From contig CAXHJY010001173.1 in assembly GCA_964016885.1 (NCBI GenBank), positions 124,001 to 188,000 of the forward strand: a DNA stretch of 64,000 bases. The letters run 5' to 3'. This stretch comes from Eledone cirrhosa (Eukaryota). Every line of letters starts with the position of its first letter. Positions within the stretch are counted from its first letter, which is position 1. The notes below the pieces were generated by a model. That model was not told the DNA's origin. It did no database searches and saw nothing but the letters and a program-made list of their open reading frames with translations. Made by a program: the position numbers and the translations under genes. Below, piece after piece: positions 14,071 to 26,339 of the stretch.

Positions 14071-17000
14071 GTATTACCTTCTTGTGTGTTGTATGTGGTC
14101 CTAGATGTGTGTATTACCTGCTTGTGTGTTGTATGTGGTCCTAGATGTATGTATTACCTGCTTGTGTGTTGTATGTGATCCTAGATGTGTGTATTACCTT
14201 CTTGTGTGTTGTATGTGATCCTAGATGTGTGTATTACCTTCTTGTGTGTTGTATGTGGTCCTAGATATATGTATTACCTTCTTGTGTGTTGTATGTGATC
14301 CTAGATGTGTGTATTACCTGCTTGTGTGTTGTATGTTGTCCTAGATGTGTGTATTACCTGCTTGTGTGTTGTATGTGGTTCTAGATGTATGTATTACCTG
14401 CTTGTGTGTTGTATGTGATCCTAGATGTGTGTATTACCTGCTTGTGTGTTGTATGTGATCCTAGATGTGTGTATTACCTGCTTGTGTGTTGTATGTGGTC
14501 CTAGATGTATGTATTACCTTCTTGTGTGTTGTATGTGGTTCTAGATGTGTGTATTACCTGCTTGTGTGTTGTATGTGATCCTAGATGTGTGTATTACCTG
14601 CTTGTGTGTTGTATGTGGTCCTAGATGTATCTATTACCTTCTTGTGTGTTGTATGTGGTTCTAGATGTGTGTATTACCTGCTTGTGTGTTGTATGTGGTC
14701 CTAGATGTGTGTATTACCTTCTTGTGTGTTGTATGTGATCCTAGATGTATGTATTACCTTCTTGTGTGTTGTATGTGGTCCTAGATATATGTATTACCTG
14801 CTTGTGTGTTGTATGTGGTCCTAGATGTGTGTATTACCTTCTTGTGTGTTGTATGTGGACCTAGTCATGTGTATTACATGCTTGTGTGTTGTATGTGGTC
14901 CTAGATGTGTGTATTACCTGCTTGTGGGTTGTATGTGGTCCTAGATATATGTATTACCTGCTTGTGTGTTGTATGTGGTCCTAGATGTGTGTATTACCTG
15001 TTTGTGTGTTGTATGTGGGCCTAGATATATGTATTACCTGCTTGTGTGTTGTATGTGATCCTAGATGTATGTATTACCTTCTTGTGTGTTGTATGTGATC
15101 CTAGATGTATGTATTACCTGCTTGTGTGTTGTATGTGGTCCTAGATGTATGTATTACCTGCTTGTGTGTTGTATGTGGTCCTAGATGTATGTATTACCTG
15201 CTTGTGTGTTGTATGTGGTCCTAGATGTATGTATTACCTGCTTGTCTGTTGTATGTAGTCCTAGATATATGTATTACCTTCTTGTGTGTTGTATGTGGTC
15301 CTAGATATATGTATTACCTGCTTGTGTGTTGTATGTGGTCCTAGATATATGTATTACCTTCTTGTGTGTTGTATGTGGTCCTAGATATATGTATTACCTG
15401 CTTGTGTGTTGTATGTAGTCCTAGATGTATGTATTACCTGCTTGTGTGTTGTATGTGGTTCTAGATGTGTGTATTACCTGCTTGTGTGTTGTATGTGGTC
15501 CTAGATGTGTGTATTACCTTCTTGTGTGTTGTATGTGATCCTAGATGTATGTATTACCTTCTTGTGTGTTGTATGTGGTCCTAGATATATGTATTACCTG
15601 CTTGTGTGTTGTATGTGGTCCTAGATATATGTATTACCTTCTTGTGTGTTGTATGTGGTCCTAGATATATGTATTACCTGCTTGTGTGTTGTATGTAGTC
15701 CTAGATGTATGTATTACCTGCTTGTGTGATGTATGTGGTCCTAGATGTATGTATTACCTGCTTGTGTGTTGTATGTGGTCCTAGATGTATGTATTACCTG
15801 CTTGTCTGTTGTATGTGGTCCTAGATGTATGTATTACCTGCTTGTGTGTTGTATGTGGGCCTAGATGTATGTATTACCTGCTTGTGTGTTGTATGTGGTC
15901 CTAGATGTATGTATTAACTCCTTGTGTGTTGTATGTGGTCCTAGATGTATGCATCATGTATTACCTGATTGTGTGATGTATGTGGTCCAAGATGTATGTA
16001 TTACCTGCTTGTGGGTTGTATGGGGTGGTAGATGGATTATTACCTGATTGTGTGATGTATCTGGTCCTAGATGTATGTATTACCTGATTGTGTGATGTAT
16101 GTGGTCCTAGATGTATGTATTACCTGCTTGTGTGTTGTATGTGGTCCTAGATGTGTGTATTACTTGCTTGTGTGTTGTATGTGGTCCTAGATGTATGTAT
16201 TACCTGCTTGTCTGTTGTATGTGGTCCTAGATGTATGCATTAACTGCTTGTGTGTTGTATGTAGTCCTAGATATATGCATTAACTGCTTGTGTGTTGTAT
16301 GTGGTTCTAGATGTATGTATTACCTGATTGTATGATGTATGTGGTCCTAGATGTATGCATCATGTATTACCTGATTGTGTGATGTATGTGGTCCAAGATG
16401 TATGTATTACCTGCTTGTGGGTTGTATGGGGTGGTAGATGGATTATTACCTGATTGTGTGATGTATGTGGTCCTAGATGTATGTATTACCTGCTTGTGTG
16501 TTGTATGTGGTCGTAGATGTGTGCATTACCTGCTTGTGTGTTGCATGTGGTCCTAGATGTGTGTATTACTTGCTTGTGTGTTGTATGTGGGCCTAGATGT
16601 ATGTATTACCTGCTTGTGTGTTGTATGTGGTCCTAGATGTGTGTATTACCTTCTTGTGTGTTGTATGTGGACCTAGTCATGTGTATTACATGCTTGTGTG
16701 TTGTATGTGGTCCTAGATGTGTGTATTACCTGCTTGTGGGTTGTATGTGGTCCTAGATATATGTATTAGCTGCTTGTGTGTTGTATGTGGTCCTAGATGT
16801 GTGTATTACCAGCTTGTGTGTTGTATGTGGGCCTAGATGTGTGTATTACTGGCTTGTGTGTTGTATGTGGTCCTAAATGTATGTATTACCTTCTTGTGCG
16901 TTGTATGTGATCCTAGATGTATGTATTACATGCTTGTGTGATGTATGTGGTCCTAGATGTATGTATTACATGCTTGTGTGATGTATGTGGTCCTAGACGT

Positions 17001-17340
17001 GTGTATTACCTGCTTGTGTGTTTATGTGATCCTAGACGTGTGTATTACCTGCTTGTGTGTTGTATGTGGTCCTAGATGTATGTATTACCTACTTGTGTGT
17101 TGTACGTGATCCTAGATGTATGTATTACCCAGTTGTGTGTCTTATGTGGCCCTAGATGTGTGTATTACCTGCTTGTGTGATGTATCTGGTCTTAGATGTG
17201 TGTATTACCTGCTTGTGTGATGTATGTGGTCCTAGATGTGAGTATTACCTGCTTGTGTGTTGGATGTTGTCCTAGATGTGTGTATTACCTGCTTGTGTGT
17301 CGTATGTGGTCCTAGATGTGTGTATTACCTACTTGTGTGT
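14062..17340. repeat. 40-bp minisatellite, about 82 copies
   Basis: Unit CTAGATGT(G/A)TGTATTACCTGCTTGTGTGTTGTATGTGGTC. Confidence 0.97.
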
Positions 17341-17639
17341 AACAACAAATAATGTTTGTGTGAAAATATGTATATTTGTGTGAATGTATGTCTGTGAGTG
17401 TATATTTTTTTAAGTGTGTCTGTGTTTGAATGATTAGTTACATACTCATACATATAAATGTATGTATATGCACACACGTACACACATATACCAGAAGTAT
17501 TGAAATTTGAATCTTTTAAAAGAAGTGAATCTTGAAATATGCAATAAAATTATTTATGTTTAATCGTATGCTACGAAATTTAGTACATAAATTAAGTAAT
17601 ATTCTTTCATTCAAAGTAATCCAACTTATTTTACCAACA

Positions 17640-17856
17640 GGATTTAAAAATATATTCTGGACGCAGTCCCGCACTCCTCCCTATACTATAGTTAAGGTTC
17701 TGCCTCCGTACCCACGCAAACATATATCTGTGCGTATATCACGACTTATAAACTGTTCACTTTCCTGACATTTGTACGTTATTCTATGTACTATACATGA
17801 ATATTTGATGAGTTGCAATGCACCTGAGCATTGTACAAAATAATCTCATTATTATT
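17640..17856 (+). mobile_element. Probable LINE 3' UTR remnant
   Basis: Ends GAGTTGCAATGCACCTGAGCATTGTACAAAATAATCTC(ATT)n, a stem-loop plus trinucleotide tail. Confidence 0.4.
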
Positions 17857-17870
17857 TTACATATATAAAT

Positions 17871-18062
17871 GGGCGGTGAATTGGCAGTATCGGTAGAGGG
17901 TCGGACGCCATGCTTTGTAGCATAGTTACGTCCCTTTACGATCTGAGTTCAAATCCCGCCGAGGTTAACTTTGCCTTTCATCCTTACGGGGTCGATAAAA
18001 TAAAGTACCAGTAATGTACTGGCTAATTTGCTGGCCTTGTGCCAATGGTAGAAACAATTATT
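17871..18062 (+). mobile_element. tRNA-derived SINE family 1 (Deu/Nin-like core), representative copy
   Basis: A box TGGCAGTATCGG, B box GAGTTCAAATCC, core GCCTTTCATCCTTACGGGGTCGATAAAATAAAGTACCAG, ATTA tail, TSD-like ATTATTTT(T)ACATATATAAA. Other copies: 13610-13702(-), 19173-19364, 23000-23152, 37465-37648(-), 41043-41316, 43515-43715, 50250-50580(-), 54070-54260. Confidence 0.9.
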
Positions 18063-18269
18063 TTACATATATAAAAACAAAACTGACTGTATGTCTGTCT
18101 GTGAGCAGTTGACACATTTCCTCAGTTCCCATTCAAATTTGATACATAGGTAATTTAGCTCCCAGAACATGTCAACATATAGTTTAAATTTTGCTCTCCC
18201 ATCAAACAATAGAGTTCCGGGTGATTTAAAGATGGACACGTTGAGGAGAGAGCAGGTATATATATATAT

Positions 18270-18960
18270 GTCATCATCATCATCATCATCATCAACGTTT
18301 AACGTCCGTGTTCCACGCTTACATGGGTTTGGATTGGGGTTTTCCCACTTGAGGCAAGAGTGATTGTCTTGCTCGCATAGGACTGTCTGGCGGGTTTTCT
18401 ACAGCTGGATGCCCTTCCTAACACCAACCACATTTACAGTGTGGGTCTGGGAGGTTTTTACCGTGTTGCCTACACGGCCACATTAGAGCGTGGACTGTCT
18501 GGCGGGTTTTCTACAGCTGGATGCCCTTCCTAACACCAACCACATTTACAGTGTGGGGCTGGGAGGTTTTTACCGTGTTGCCTACACGGCCACATTACAG
18601 CGTGGACTGTCTGGCGGGTTTTCTACAGCTGGATGCCCTTCCTAACACCAACCACATTTACAGTGTGGGGCTGGGAGGTTTTTACCGTGTTGCCTACACG
18701 GCCACATTACAGCGTGCACTGTCTGGCGGGTTTTCTACAGCTGGATGCCCTTCCTAACACCAACCACATTTACAGTGTGGGGATGGGAGGTTTTTACCGT
18801 GTTGCCTACACGGCCACATTACAGCGTGGACTGTCTGGCGGGTTTTCTACAGCTGGATGCCCTTCCTAACACCAACCACATTTACAGTGTGGACTGGGAG
18901 GTTTTTACCATGTTACCTACACGGCCACATTACAGTGTGAACTGTGTGTTTTTTGACGTG
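18270..18960 (-). mobile_element. SINE family 2-type 3' part with an internal 112-bp unit repeated about 5 times
   Basis: TTCTACAGCTGGATGCCCTTCCTAACACCAACC recurs every 112 bp; (TCA)n tail at 18270. Confidence 0.85.
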
Positions 18961-19364
18961 ACACCTACACGATCTCATTTGTTTCGGCCTGGATGTTGTG
19001 GCACCAACATAACTTTACATTGAAAGGGGCGGTGTGGATGAGTATTGTTTATCTTAGTTGTTACGTAGTAACTGAAGTCACATGAATAACCATGTTACAG
19101 AAATATATATAATGCAATAAACAATTATGGTGATTTAATCCTGTCTTAACTATCATTATGTATATATATATGAGGGCGGTGGATTAGCAGTATCGGTAGA
19201 GGGTCGGGGTGCCATGCTTTGAAGCATAGAGTTACCTCCCTTTATGATCTGAGTTCAAATCCCGCCGAGGTTAACTTTGCCTTTCATCCTTACGGGGTCG
19301 ATAAAATAAAGTACCAGTAATACACTGGTAATTGCTGGCCTTCTGCTAAAAGTAGAAACAATTA

Positions 19365-19457
<93 letters not shown>

Positions 19458-19544
19458 ACAGACAGTGAGGATGGGTGTGAGTGAAAGAGTTGTTATCCTG
19501 AAACGCAACATGAATGTAAAGTAAAGAAAATATTAAATAATGGT

Positions 19545-19932
19545 TGGAACATGTTGGTGTCACACCAGTGTGTTGGGGTGTAATGATAGGTACATGTTGG
19601 TGTCACACCAGTGTGTTGGGGGTGTAATGATAGGTACATGTTGGTGTCACACCAGTGTGTTGGGGGTGTAATGATAGGTACATGTTGGTGTCACACCAGT
19701 GTGTTGGGGGGTGTAATGATAGGTACATGTTGGTATCACACCAGTGTGTTGGGGGTGTAATGATAGGTACATGTTGGTGTCACACCAGTGTGTTGGGGGT
19801 GTGATGATAGGTACATGTTGGTGTCACACCAGTGTGTTGGGGGTGTAATGATAGGTACATGTTGGTGTCACACCAGTGTGTTGGGGGGTGTAATGATAGG
19901 TACATGTTGGTGTCACACCAGTGTGTTGGGGG
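19545..19932. repeat. 43-45-bp minisatellite, about 9 copies
   Basis: ACATGTTGGTGTCACACCAGTGTGTTGGGGGTGTAATGATAGGT with a variable G run. Confidence 0.95.
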
Positions 19933-20027
19933 TGAGGTGTGAGATATGGAGAGCACTACTGCAAGACAAAAAAAGAAAAGAAAAAAGAAACACTCAGGTA
20001 ATGGTTATTTAGTACTAACAGTTATGG

Positions 20028-20710
20028 TATTGGTGGATTGGCAGAATCAGTAGAGGGTCGGACACTATGTTTTGACGCATAGACTTACGGCCCTTTACGA
20101 TTTGAGTTCAAATGCCGCAGAGGTTAACTTTGCATTTCATCCTTACGGGGTCGATAAAACAAAGTACCAGTAATGTACTGGGGTCGATTTTATCAAATTT
20201 CCCCTCGCCCCCCAAATTGCTGGCCTTGTGCCTATATGAGAAACCAATATCATTGTTATTATTGGCGGTGGATTAGCAGTATCGGTATGAGGGTCGGACG
20301 CCATGCTTTGACTCATAGAGTTACAGCCCTTGCCATTCTGAGTTCAAATCCCGCCGAGGTTGACTTTGCCTTTCATCCTTATGGAGTCGATAAAATAAAG
20401 TACCAGTAATACACTGGGATAATTGCTGGCCTTGTGCCTAAAGTAGAAACAACTATTATTATTATTATTATCATTATTATTAGAAGTGGTAGGGTTGTGG
20501 ATTGTCAGTATCGGTAGAGCACCAGATAACATGCTTTGTGGCATAGAATAACGGCCCTTTACGTTCTGAGTTCTAATCCCGTCGAGGTTAGCTTTGCCTT
20601 TCATTCTTACATACAAGCTTGATAAAATAAAGTACCAGTAATGTACTGGGTTGATATAATTGACTTTTCCCTTCCCACCAAAATTGTTGGCTTTGTGCCT
20701 TTATGAGAAA
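20028..20710 (+). mobile_element. Three tandem SINE family 1 copies
   Basis: Head-to-tail copies at about 20028-20255, 20263-20455 and 20490-20710. Confidence 0.88.
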
Positions 20711-20838
20711 GTTTAATTAGAAGTGTTAGGAATCAAGCCCCTCACTATAGGGAGTGTGTCAGGTAGAAGGGTGGGGTAGGTTGTAGTGACAATGATGTTG
20801 TTGCAGCTGGTGATTGTGAAGGTGATGAAGGTGTGTAT

Positions 20839-20839
<1 letters not shown>

Positions 20840-20891
<52 letters not shown>

Positions 20892-21928
20892 CTTTACGTC
20901 CGCTTTTTCCCTGCTTGCAAGGGTGGGACGGGAACTGATTCTGGCTTGATTTCTACAGCTGGATGCCCTTCCTAACACCAACCTCATTTACAGTGAGTGC
21001 TGGGTGCTTTTTTTTCCATGTCACCTCCACGACCACTTTGCAGTGGAATGATATGGACCCCAGCCCCCATCATCTCATTTCTACAGCTGAGTAAACTGGA
21101 GCAATGTGAAATATACATATTCGCACCGTTTCCTTTCGCTATATGTCTCTCCACCACTCCCCTACACACCCTTTGAACTCTGTTCCCACACACTTCTCAC
21201 CTGAGGAAGGGCTTATGCCCGAAACGTCGTCCCCCCACCAACACCCCACTCTCCAGAGCGTGAAATTAATAAACATTCGTTGTACTGCCTCTCTGTTTTG
21301 TCCCTGTTCAAATTTTTCCATTATATATATATATATATATATATCATTTAAAGGTGATGAAGGTGTTTATATATATATATATATATATATATGTGTGGAG
21401 GCACATGGCTTAATGGTTAGAGCATTGGCCTTGCAATCGAAAGGTTGTGAGTTCAATTCTCAGACCGGGTGATATGTTTTTCCTTGAACAAGACACTTTA
21501 TTTCACATTGCTCCAGTTTACTCAGCTGTATTAATTAGTCCGCTTTTTCCCTGCTAGCAAGCGTGGGACGGGAACTGAGTCTGGCTTGATTTCTACAGCT
21601 GGATGCCCTTCCTAACACCAACCTCATTTACAGTGTGGGCTGGGTGCTTTTTGCTGTGACCCCTCCACGACCACTTTACAGTGTGGGCTGGGTGCTTTTT
21701 TGCCGTGACCCCTCCACGACCACTTTACAGTGTGTGGTGGGTGCTTTTTGCTGTGACCCCTCCATGACCACTTTACAGTGTGGGCTGGGTGCTTTTTTGC
21801 CGTGGTACCTCCACGACCACTTTGCAGTGGTCCCCATGAGATGATAGGGACCCCAGTCCCTATCATCTCATTTCTACAGCTGAGTAAACTGGAGCAATGT
21901 GAAATAAAGTGTCTTGCTCAAGGACACA
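20840..21928. mobile_element. Cluster of SINE family 2 fragments (minus 20840-21112, plus 21396-21530, minus 21538-21928)
   Basis: Match the full copies at 35625 and 36885; an internal unit of about 50 bp is repeated about 4 times at 21610-21830. Confidence 0.85.
21197..21232 (+). ncRNA. Penelope-type minimal hammerhead within a short element (about 21113-21320)
   Basis: CTGAGGA-A-GGGC-TTAT-GCCC-GAAA-CGTC with palindromic ACGT stem III; stem I only 2 bp. Decayed relatives near 8828-8860 and 39505-39535. Confidence 0.62.
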
Positions 21929-21978
21929 AATGATATATATATATATATATATATATATATCATTTAAAGGTGATGAAG

Positions 21979-22009
<31 letters not shown>

Positions 22010-22028
22010 ATCATTTAAAGTCTGATAG

Positions 22029-22061
<33 letters not shown>

Positions 22062-22062
<1 letters not shown>

Positions 22063-22254
22063 GAGATTCTACAGGACTAGAACTGTTTCATTCATTAGAA
22101 ATCATCAGGAATCCTGATGATTTCTGATGATTTCTAATGATTGAAACAGTTCTAGTCCTGTAGAATCTCATCTATATTAAAACTTTTATACTCTGCTATG
22201 TATTGAGTACCTTACTTACTGTGGTTACCTCCGATTCAACCCGGAATAACGTAC

Positions 22255-22256
<2 letters not shown>
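22062..22256 (+). mobile_element. Fold-back element with hammerhead core
   Basis: Arms 22062-22108 / 22124-22170; CTGATGA-TTTCTAATGA(A/T)T-GAAA-CAGTT; tail ACTCTGCTATGTATTGAGT; (TA)n flanks. Confidence 0.75.
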
Positions 22257-22312
<56 letters not shown>

Positions 22313-22323
22313 CATAGTAATAC

Positions 22324-22412
22324 AAGTGGTGGTGGTGGTGGTAGTAATGTTAATAGTAATATCACATATACTTCATGTTGTTGTGGGTGGTGGCAGCAGC
22401 AGCAGCAGCAGC

Positions 22413-22444
<32 letters not shown>

Positions 22445-22510
22445 CGACAACGACAACAACAACAACGACAACAACAACAACAACAACAGCAGCATCAGCC
22501 ACAACAGCAG
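22324..22510. repeat. Mixed (GTG)n, (CAG)n, (CAA)n trinucleotide tract
   Basis: Direct reading. Confidence 0.9.
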
Positions 22511-23376
22511 TGGGAGTGTCCATGACCTTTTCTGCATGCCCTAACAGTCCTCACATAAAGTGAGGACTGGTGGTGATAATACAGTCAATAGTCAGCCAGA
22601 AACATCTGCAGGTGTATGTGGGGTGGGGTGAGAGAGAAGAGGCTGAGAGAGAGGAGAGGGAGGAGGGGGTGGGGGTGGGGGAACGGATGTGGATAATTGC
22701 AACAGGGGGTGAACTTGCAGTAAAGCCACCTAAGTAAAGACCATGTGGCGATTGATTCGTGGGGGTGGGTGGTCTTAACAGTTTTCATACCAACCTGACC
22801 AAAACTTCCCCTGGTTCTATAACCCCCCCCCCCCCCCCCTCCACCTCCACCTCCACACCTACCTCCCATTATATAGGGGTCCTATTTAAATTAAAATCTT
22901 CCAACATAATTTTATATAAGAACAAATAATATGTTAAGTTACAGCCCTTAATTAATGAAATAATTATTTTTGCAAACCCCTCAAAATTCATTATTAATTA
23001 TTTGACGCATAGAGTTACGGCCCTTGCCATTCTGAGTTCAAATCCCGCCGAGGTTAACTTTGCCTTTCATCCTTACGGGGTCCATAAAATAAAGTACCAG
23101 TAATGTACTGGGTAATTGCTGTTGCTGGCCTTGTGCCAAAAGTAGAAACAATTAATTATTTGAAATGGTGTATTTCATAAGAAATATGGCCGATAACAAC
23201 TGGTTCCAAACCACCCATTTAATATCTTCCACTATGAATAAATATCAGAGCCATATATTACGTTACAATCTTAGTAATTAATAATTTTAGTAAATCCCTC
23301 CAAATTCATCATCAATTAATATTAATAGAGTTTATTTCATTAGAAATATGGTTGAAAAAGGGGTTAAGTTAAATTA

Positions 23377-23686
23377 TGTGTGCTGCATGTGACATGCCAT
23401 TTGAACCATGTGTGCTGCATGTGACATGCCATTGAACCATGTGTGCTGCATGTGACATGCCATTGAACCATGTGTGCTGCATGTGACATGCCATTGAACC
23501 ATGTGTGCTGCATGTGACATGCCATTGAACCATGTGTGCTGCATGTGACATGCCATTGAACCATGTGTGCTGCATGTGACATGCCATTGAACCATGTGTG
23601 TTGCATGTGACAGCCATTGTACCATGTGTGCTGCATGTGACAGCCATTATACCATGTGTGCTGCATGTGACAGCCATTATACCATG
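23377..23686. repeat. 31-bp minisatellite, about 10 copies
   Basis: ATGTGTGCTGCATGTGACATGCCATTGAACC. Confidence 0.95.
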
Positions 23687-24317
23687 CCTACAAGCCTCAT
23701 AGTTAGCACTAGTCATCTACTCCAGTTTTATGACTGAATGGTGAAAAATGAGTAAGATCTATCCTGCATACCACTATCACATGATAAGAACAAACAAGAG
23801 TAAACAAGATTTAGTCTTTGACCCCGAAGTAACCAATAAAATCCCTGCTCCACCTTTTTGTCAAACAAATAAATAAAACAGCTACCCACTAATCGTATAC
23901 ACACACACAGACACATGCATGCAGACACACACATAGAAAAGTGTGTGTCTGCACACACACATATACACAGACAAATGCATATGTGGATACATACACACAC
24001 AATGATGAAAAATCACTTTAGGAAAAGCTTGACAATGAATAACAATTTCGGAAGAGCCAGCAGGTCTATGAAACATGCTCCATCATGCTTTAGACAACAA
24101 GAATTTAGCAAATAGATGTTATCAGTTCTTTAGCCTTTTCATCACCATATTTCTAATGAAAGACACTGTCTATAGTTTTCTGTTTAATTTCAAAATAATC
24201 AAGAATGTAGAAGGATTTAATAAAATAACTAATTTTCTCATTATTAAGCTGATGTTTGGAACAACACAATTAACCTACATAAGATTAAGATGAAAGGTTT
24301 TTAGATAAATATAGATA

Positions 24318-24890
24318 GCCCACACTGTAAAGTGGACGTGTAGGCGCCACGGAAAAAAGCACCCAGCCCACACTGTAAAGTGGACGTGTAGGCGCCACGG
24401 AAAAAAGCACCCAGCCCACACTGTAAAGTGGACGTGTAGGTGCCACGGAAAAAAGCACCCAGCCCACACTGTAAAGTGGACGTGTAGGCGCCACGGAAAA
24501 AAGCACCCAGCCCACACTGTAAAGTGGACGTGTAGGCGCCACGGAAAAAAGCACCCAGCCCACACTGTAAAGTGGACGTGTAGGCGCCACGGAAAAAAGC
24601 ACCCAGCCCACACTGTAAAGTGGACGTGTAGGCGCCACGGAAAAAAGCACCCAGCCCACACTGTAAAGTGGACGTGTAGGCGCCATGGAAAAAAGCACCC
24701 AGCCCACACTGTAAATGAGGTTGGTGTTAGGAAGGGCATCCGGCTGTAGAAATCAAGCCAAATCAGTTCCTGTATGAGCAAGGCATGGTCAGCCGACCAG
24801 ACACTGCCCACAACAGGACAACCCGTCTAACCCATGTTAGCGTGGAAGAACGGACATAAAACAGTGATGATGATGATGATGATGATGACT
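24318..24890 (+). mobile_element. SINE family 2 3' part with a 50-bp unit repeated about 8 times
   Basis: AGCCCACACTGTAAAGTGGACGTGTAGGCGCCACGGAAAAAAGCACCC repeats run into GTTGGTGTTAGGAAGGGCATCC and a (TGA)n tail. Confidence 0.88.
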
Positions 24891-25244
24891 TTAAAATAAA
24901 CAGTTTTGTATCATAGAACCAGGGACGCTTTCAGGTGGTTTGGTACCAAATGTTTGAGGCAGTTTGGTTAAAAATAAAAAGAATTAAAAAGTAACAGCAG
25001 AATAATGGAGGAGAAGGTATCATTTATTTCTATCATTATGACAAGGGAAATGTTGAAAAGATTCCAATCTCCTGGGAATTTAAAAAAGTATTCTTTGCAA
25101 ACATGGGTATTAAATTTGACAGCTAATAATCTTTTGTGAGAGTAATTCATGATGACACCTGCTCAAATACAATAGAATACAGGTAAAAAAATATTCAATA
25201 AATATTTTCTATTCATCTAAATATATCTATTTTTTTCAATTTTT

Positions 25245-25415
25245 TCTTTTTACTGGTTTCAGTCATCTGACTGTGGCCATGCTGGGGCACGACATCCTTG
25301 TAATTTTTTTTACTAGTTTCAGTCATCTGACTGTGGCCATGCTGGGGCACGACATCCTTGTAATTTTTTTTACTAGTTTCAGTCATCTGACTGTGGCCAT
25401 ACTGGGGCACGACAT
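25245..25415. repeat. 60-bp unit repeated 3 times
   Basis: TTTTACTRGTTTCAGTCATCTGACTGTGGCCATGCTGGGGCACGACAT; a single diverged relative lies near 39222. Confidence 0.85.
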
Positions 25416-25655
25416 TGGATTTATTTGAACATAACTCCAGTATTTATATTTTTCAAGTCTGATGCTTATTTTATTGATCTATATTTCATTGAACTGTTAC
25501 ATACAAATAGACAGACACAAACAGACAGAAACACACACACACGCACAGACAAACACACACACACGTACACAGACAAACACACACACGTACACAAACACAC
25601 ACACATACACAGACACCAACACCAATTTTGTTGACTAAATAATTCCTACAAATTA

Positions 25656-25773
25656 GGTGGTAGTAGTAGTAGTGGTGGTAGTAGTAGTAGTGGTGGTGGT
25701 GGTGGTAGTGGTAGTAGTAGTGGTGGTGGTGGTAGTAGTAGCAGCAGCAGTAGTGATAGTAGTAGTAGTAGTG

Positions 25774-25805
<32 letters not shown>

Positions 25806-26335
25806 GTTGGTGGTGGTAGTAGTGGTGGTAGTAATAGTAGTGGTGGTAGTAGTAGTAGTGGTGGTAGTAGTAATAGTGGTAGTAGTAGTAGTAGTATTAT
25901 TATTAGTAGTGGTAGTAGTACTGGTGGTAGTGGTAGTAGTATTAGTAGTGGTGGTGGTGGTAGTGTTAGTGGTGGTGGAAGTGCTAGTAGTAGTGGTGGT
26001 AGTGGTAGTAGTAGTGTTGGTAGTGGTAGTAGTGTGGTGGTGGTAGTGTTAGTGTTAATGGTAGTAGTGGTGGTAGTTGTAGTGGTAGTAGTAGTGGTGG
26101 TAATGGTAGTGGTAGTAGTAGTGGTGGTAGTGGTGGTAGTGGTAATGGTAGTAGTAGTGGTGGTAATGGTAGTGGTAGTAGTAGTGGTAGTGGTGGTAGT
26201 GGTAGTAGTAGTGTTAGTGGTGGTGGTAGTGGTAGTGGTGGTGGTAGCGGTAGTGGTAGTGTTAGTGGTAGTAGTAGTGGTAGTGGTAGTAGTAGTGGTA
26301 ATAGTAGTGGTAGTGGTAGTAATAGTGGTGGTATT
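25656..26335. repeat. (GTA/GTG)n trinucleotide microsatellite
   Basis: Direct reading. Confidence 0.97.
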
Positions 26336-26339
26336 AATC

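Noticed and set aside
14062-17340. CRISPR-like regular repeats (also 26555-28655 and 30250-32990)
   Set aside because: No unique spacers, no cas genes, eukaryotic context.
24968-25190. Short protein-like frames here and at 23980-24170 and 33290-33500 (including a 14-nt AG...GTAAGA microexon pattern)
   Set aside because: No recognisable homology or consistent splice and frame chain.
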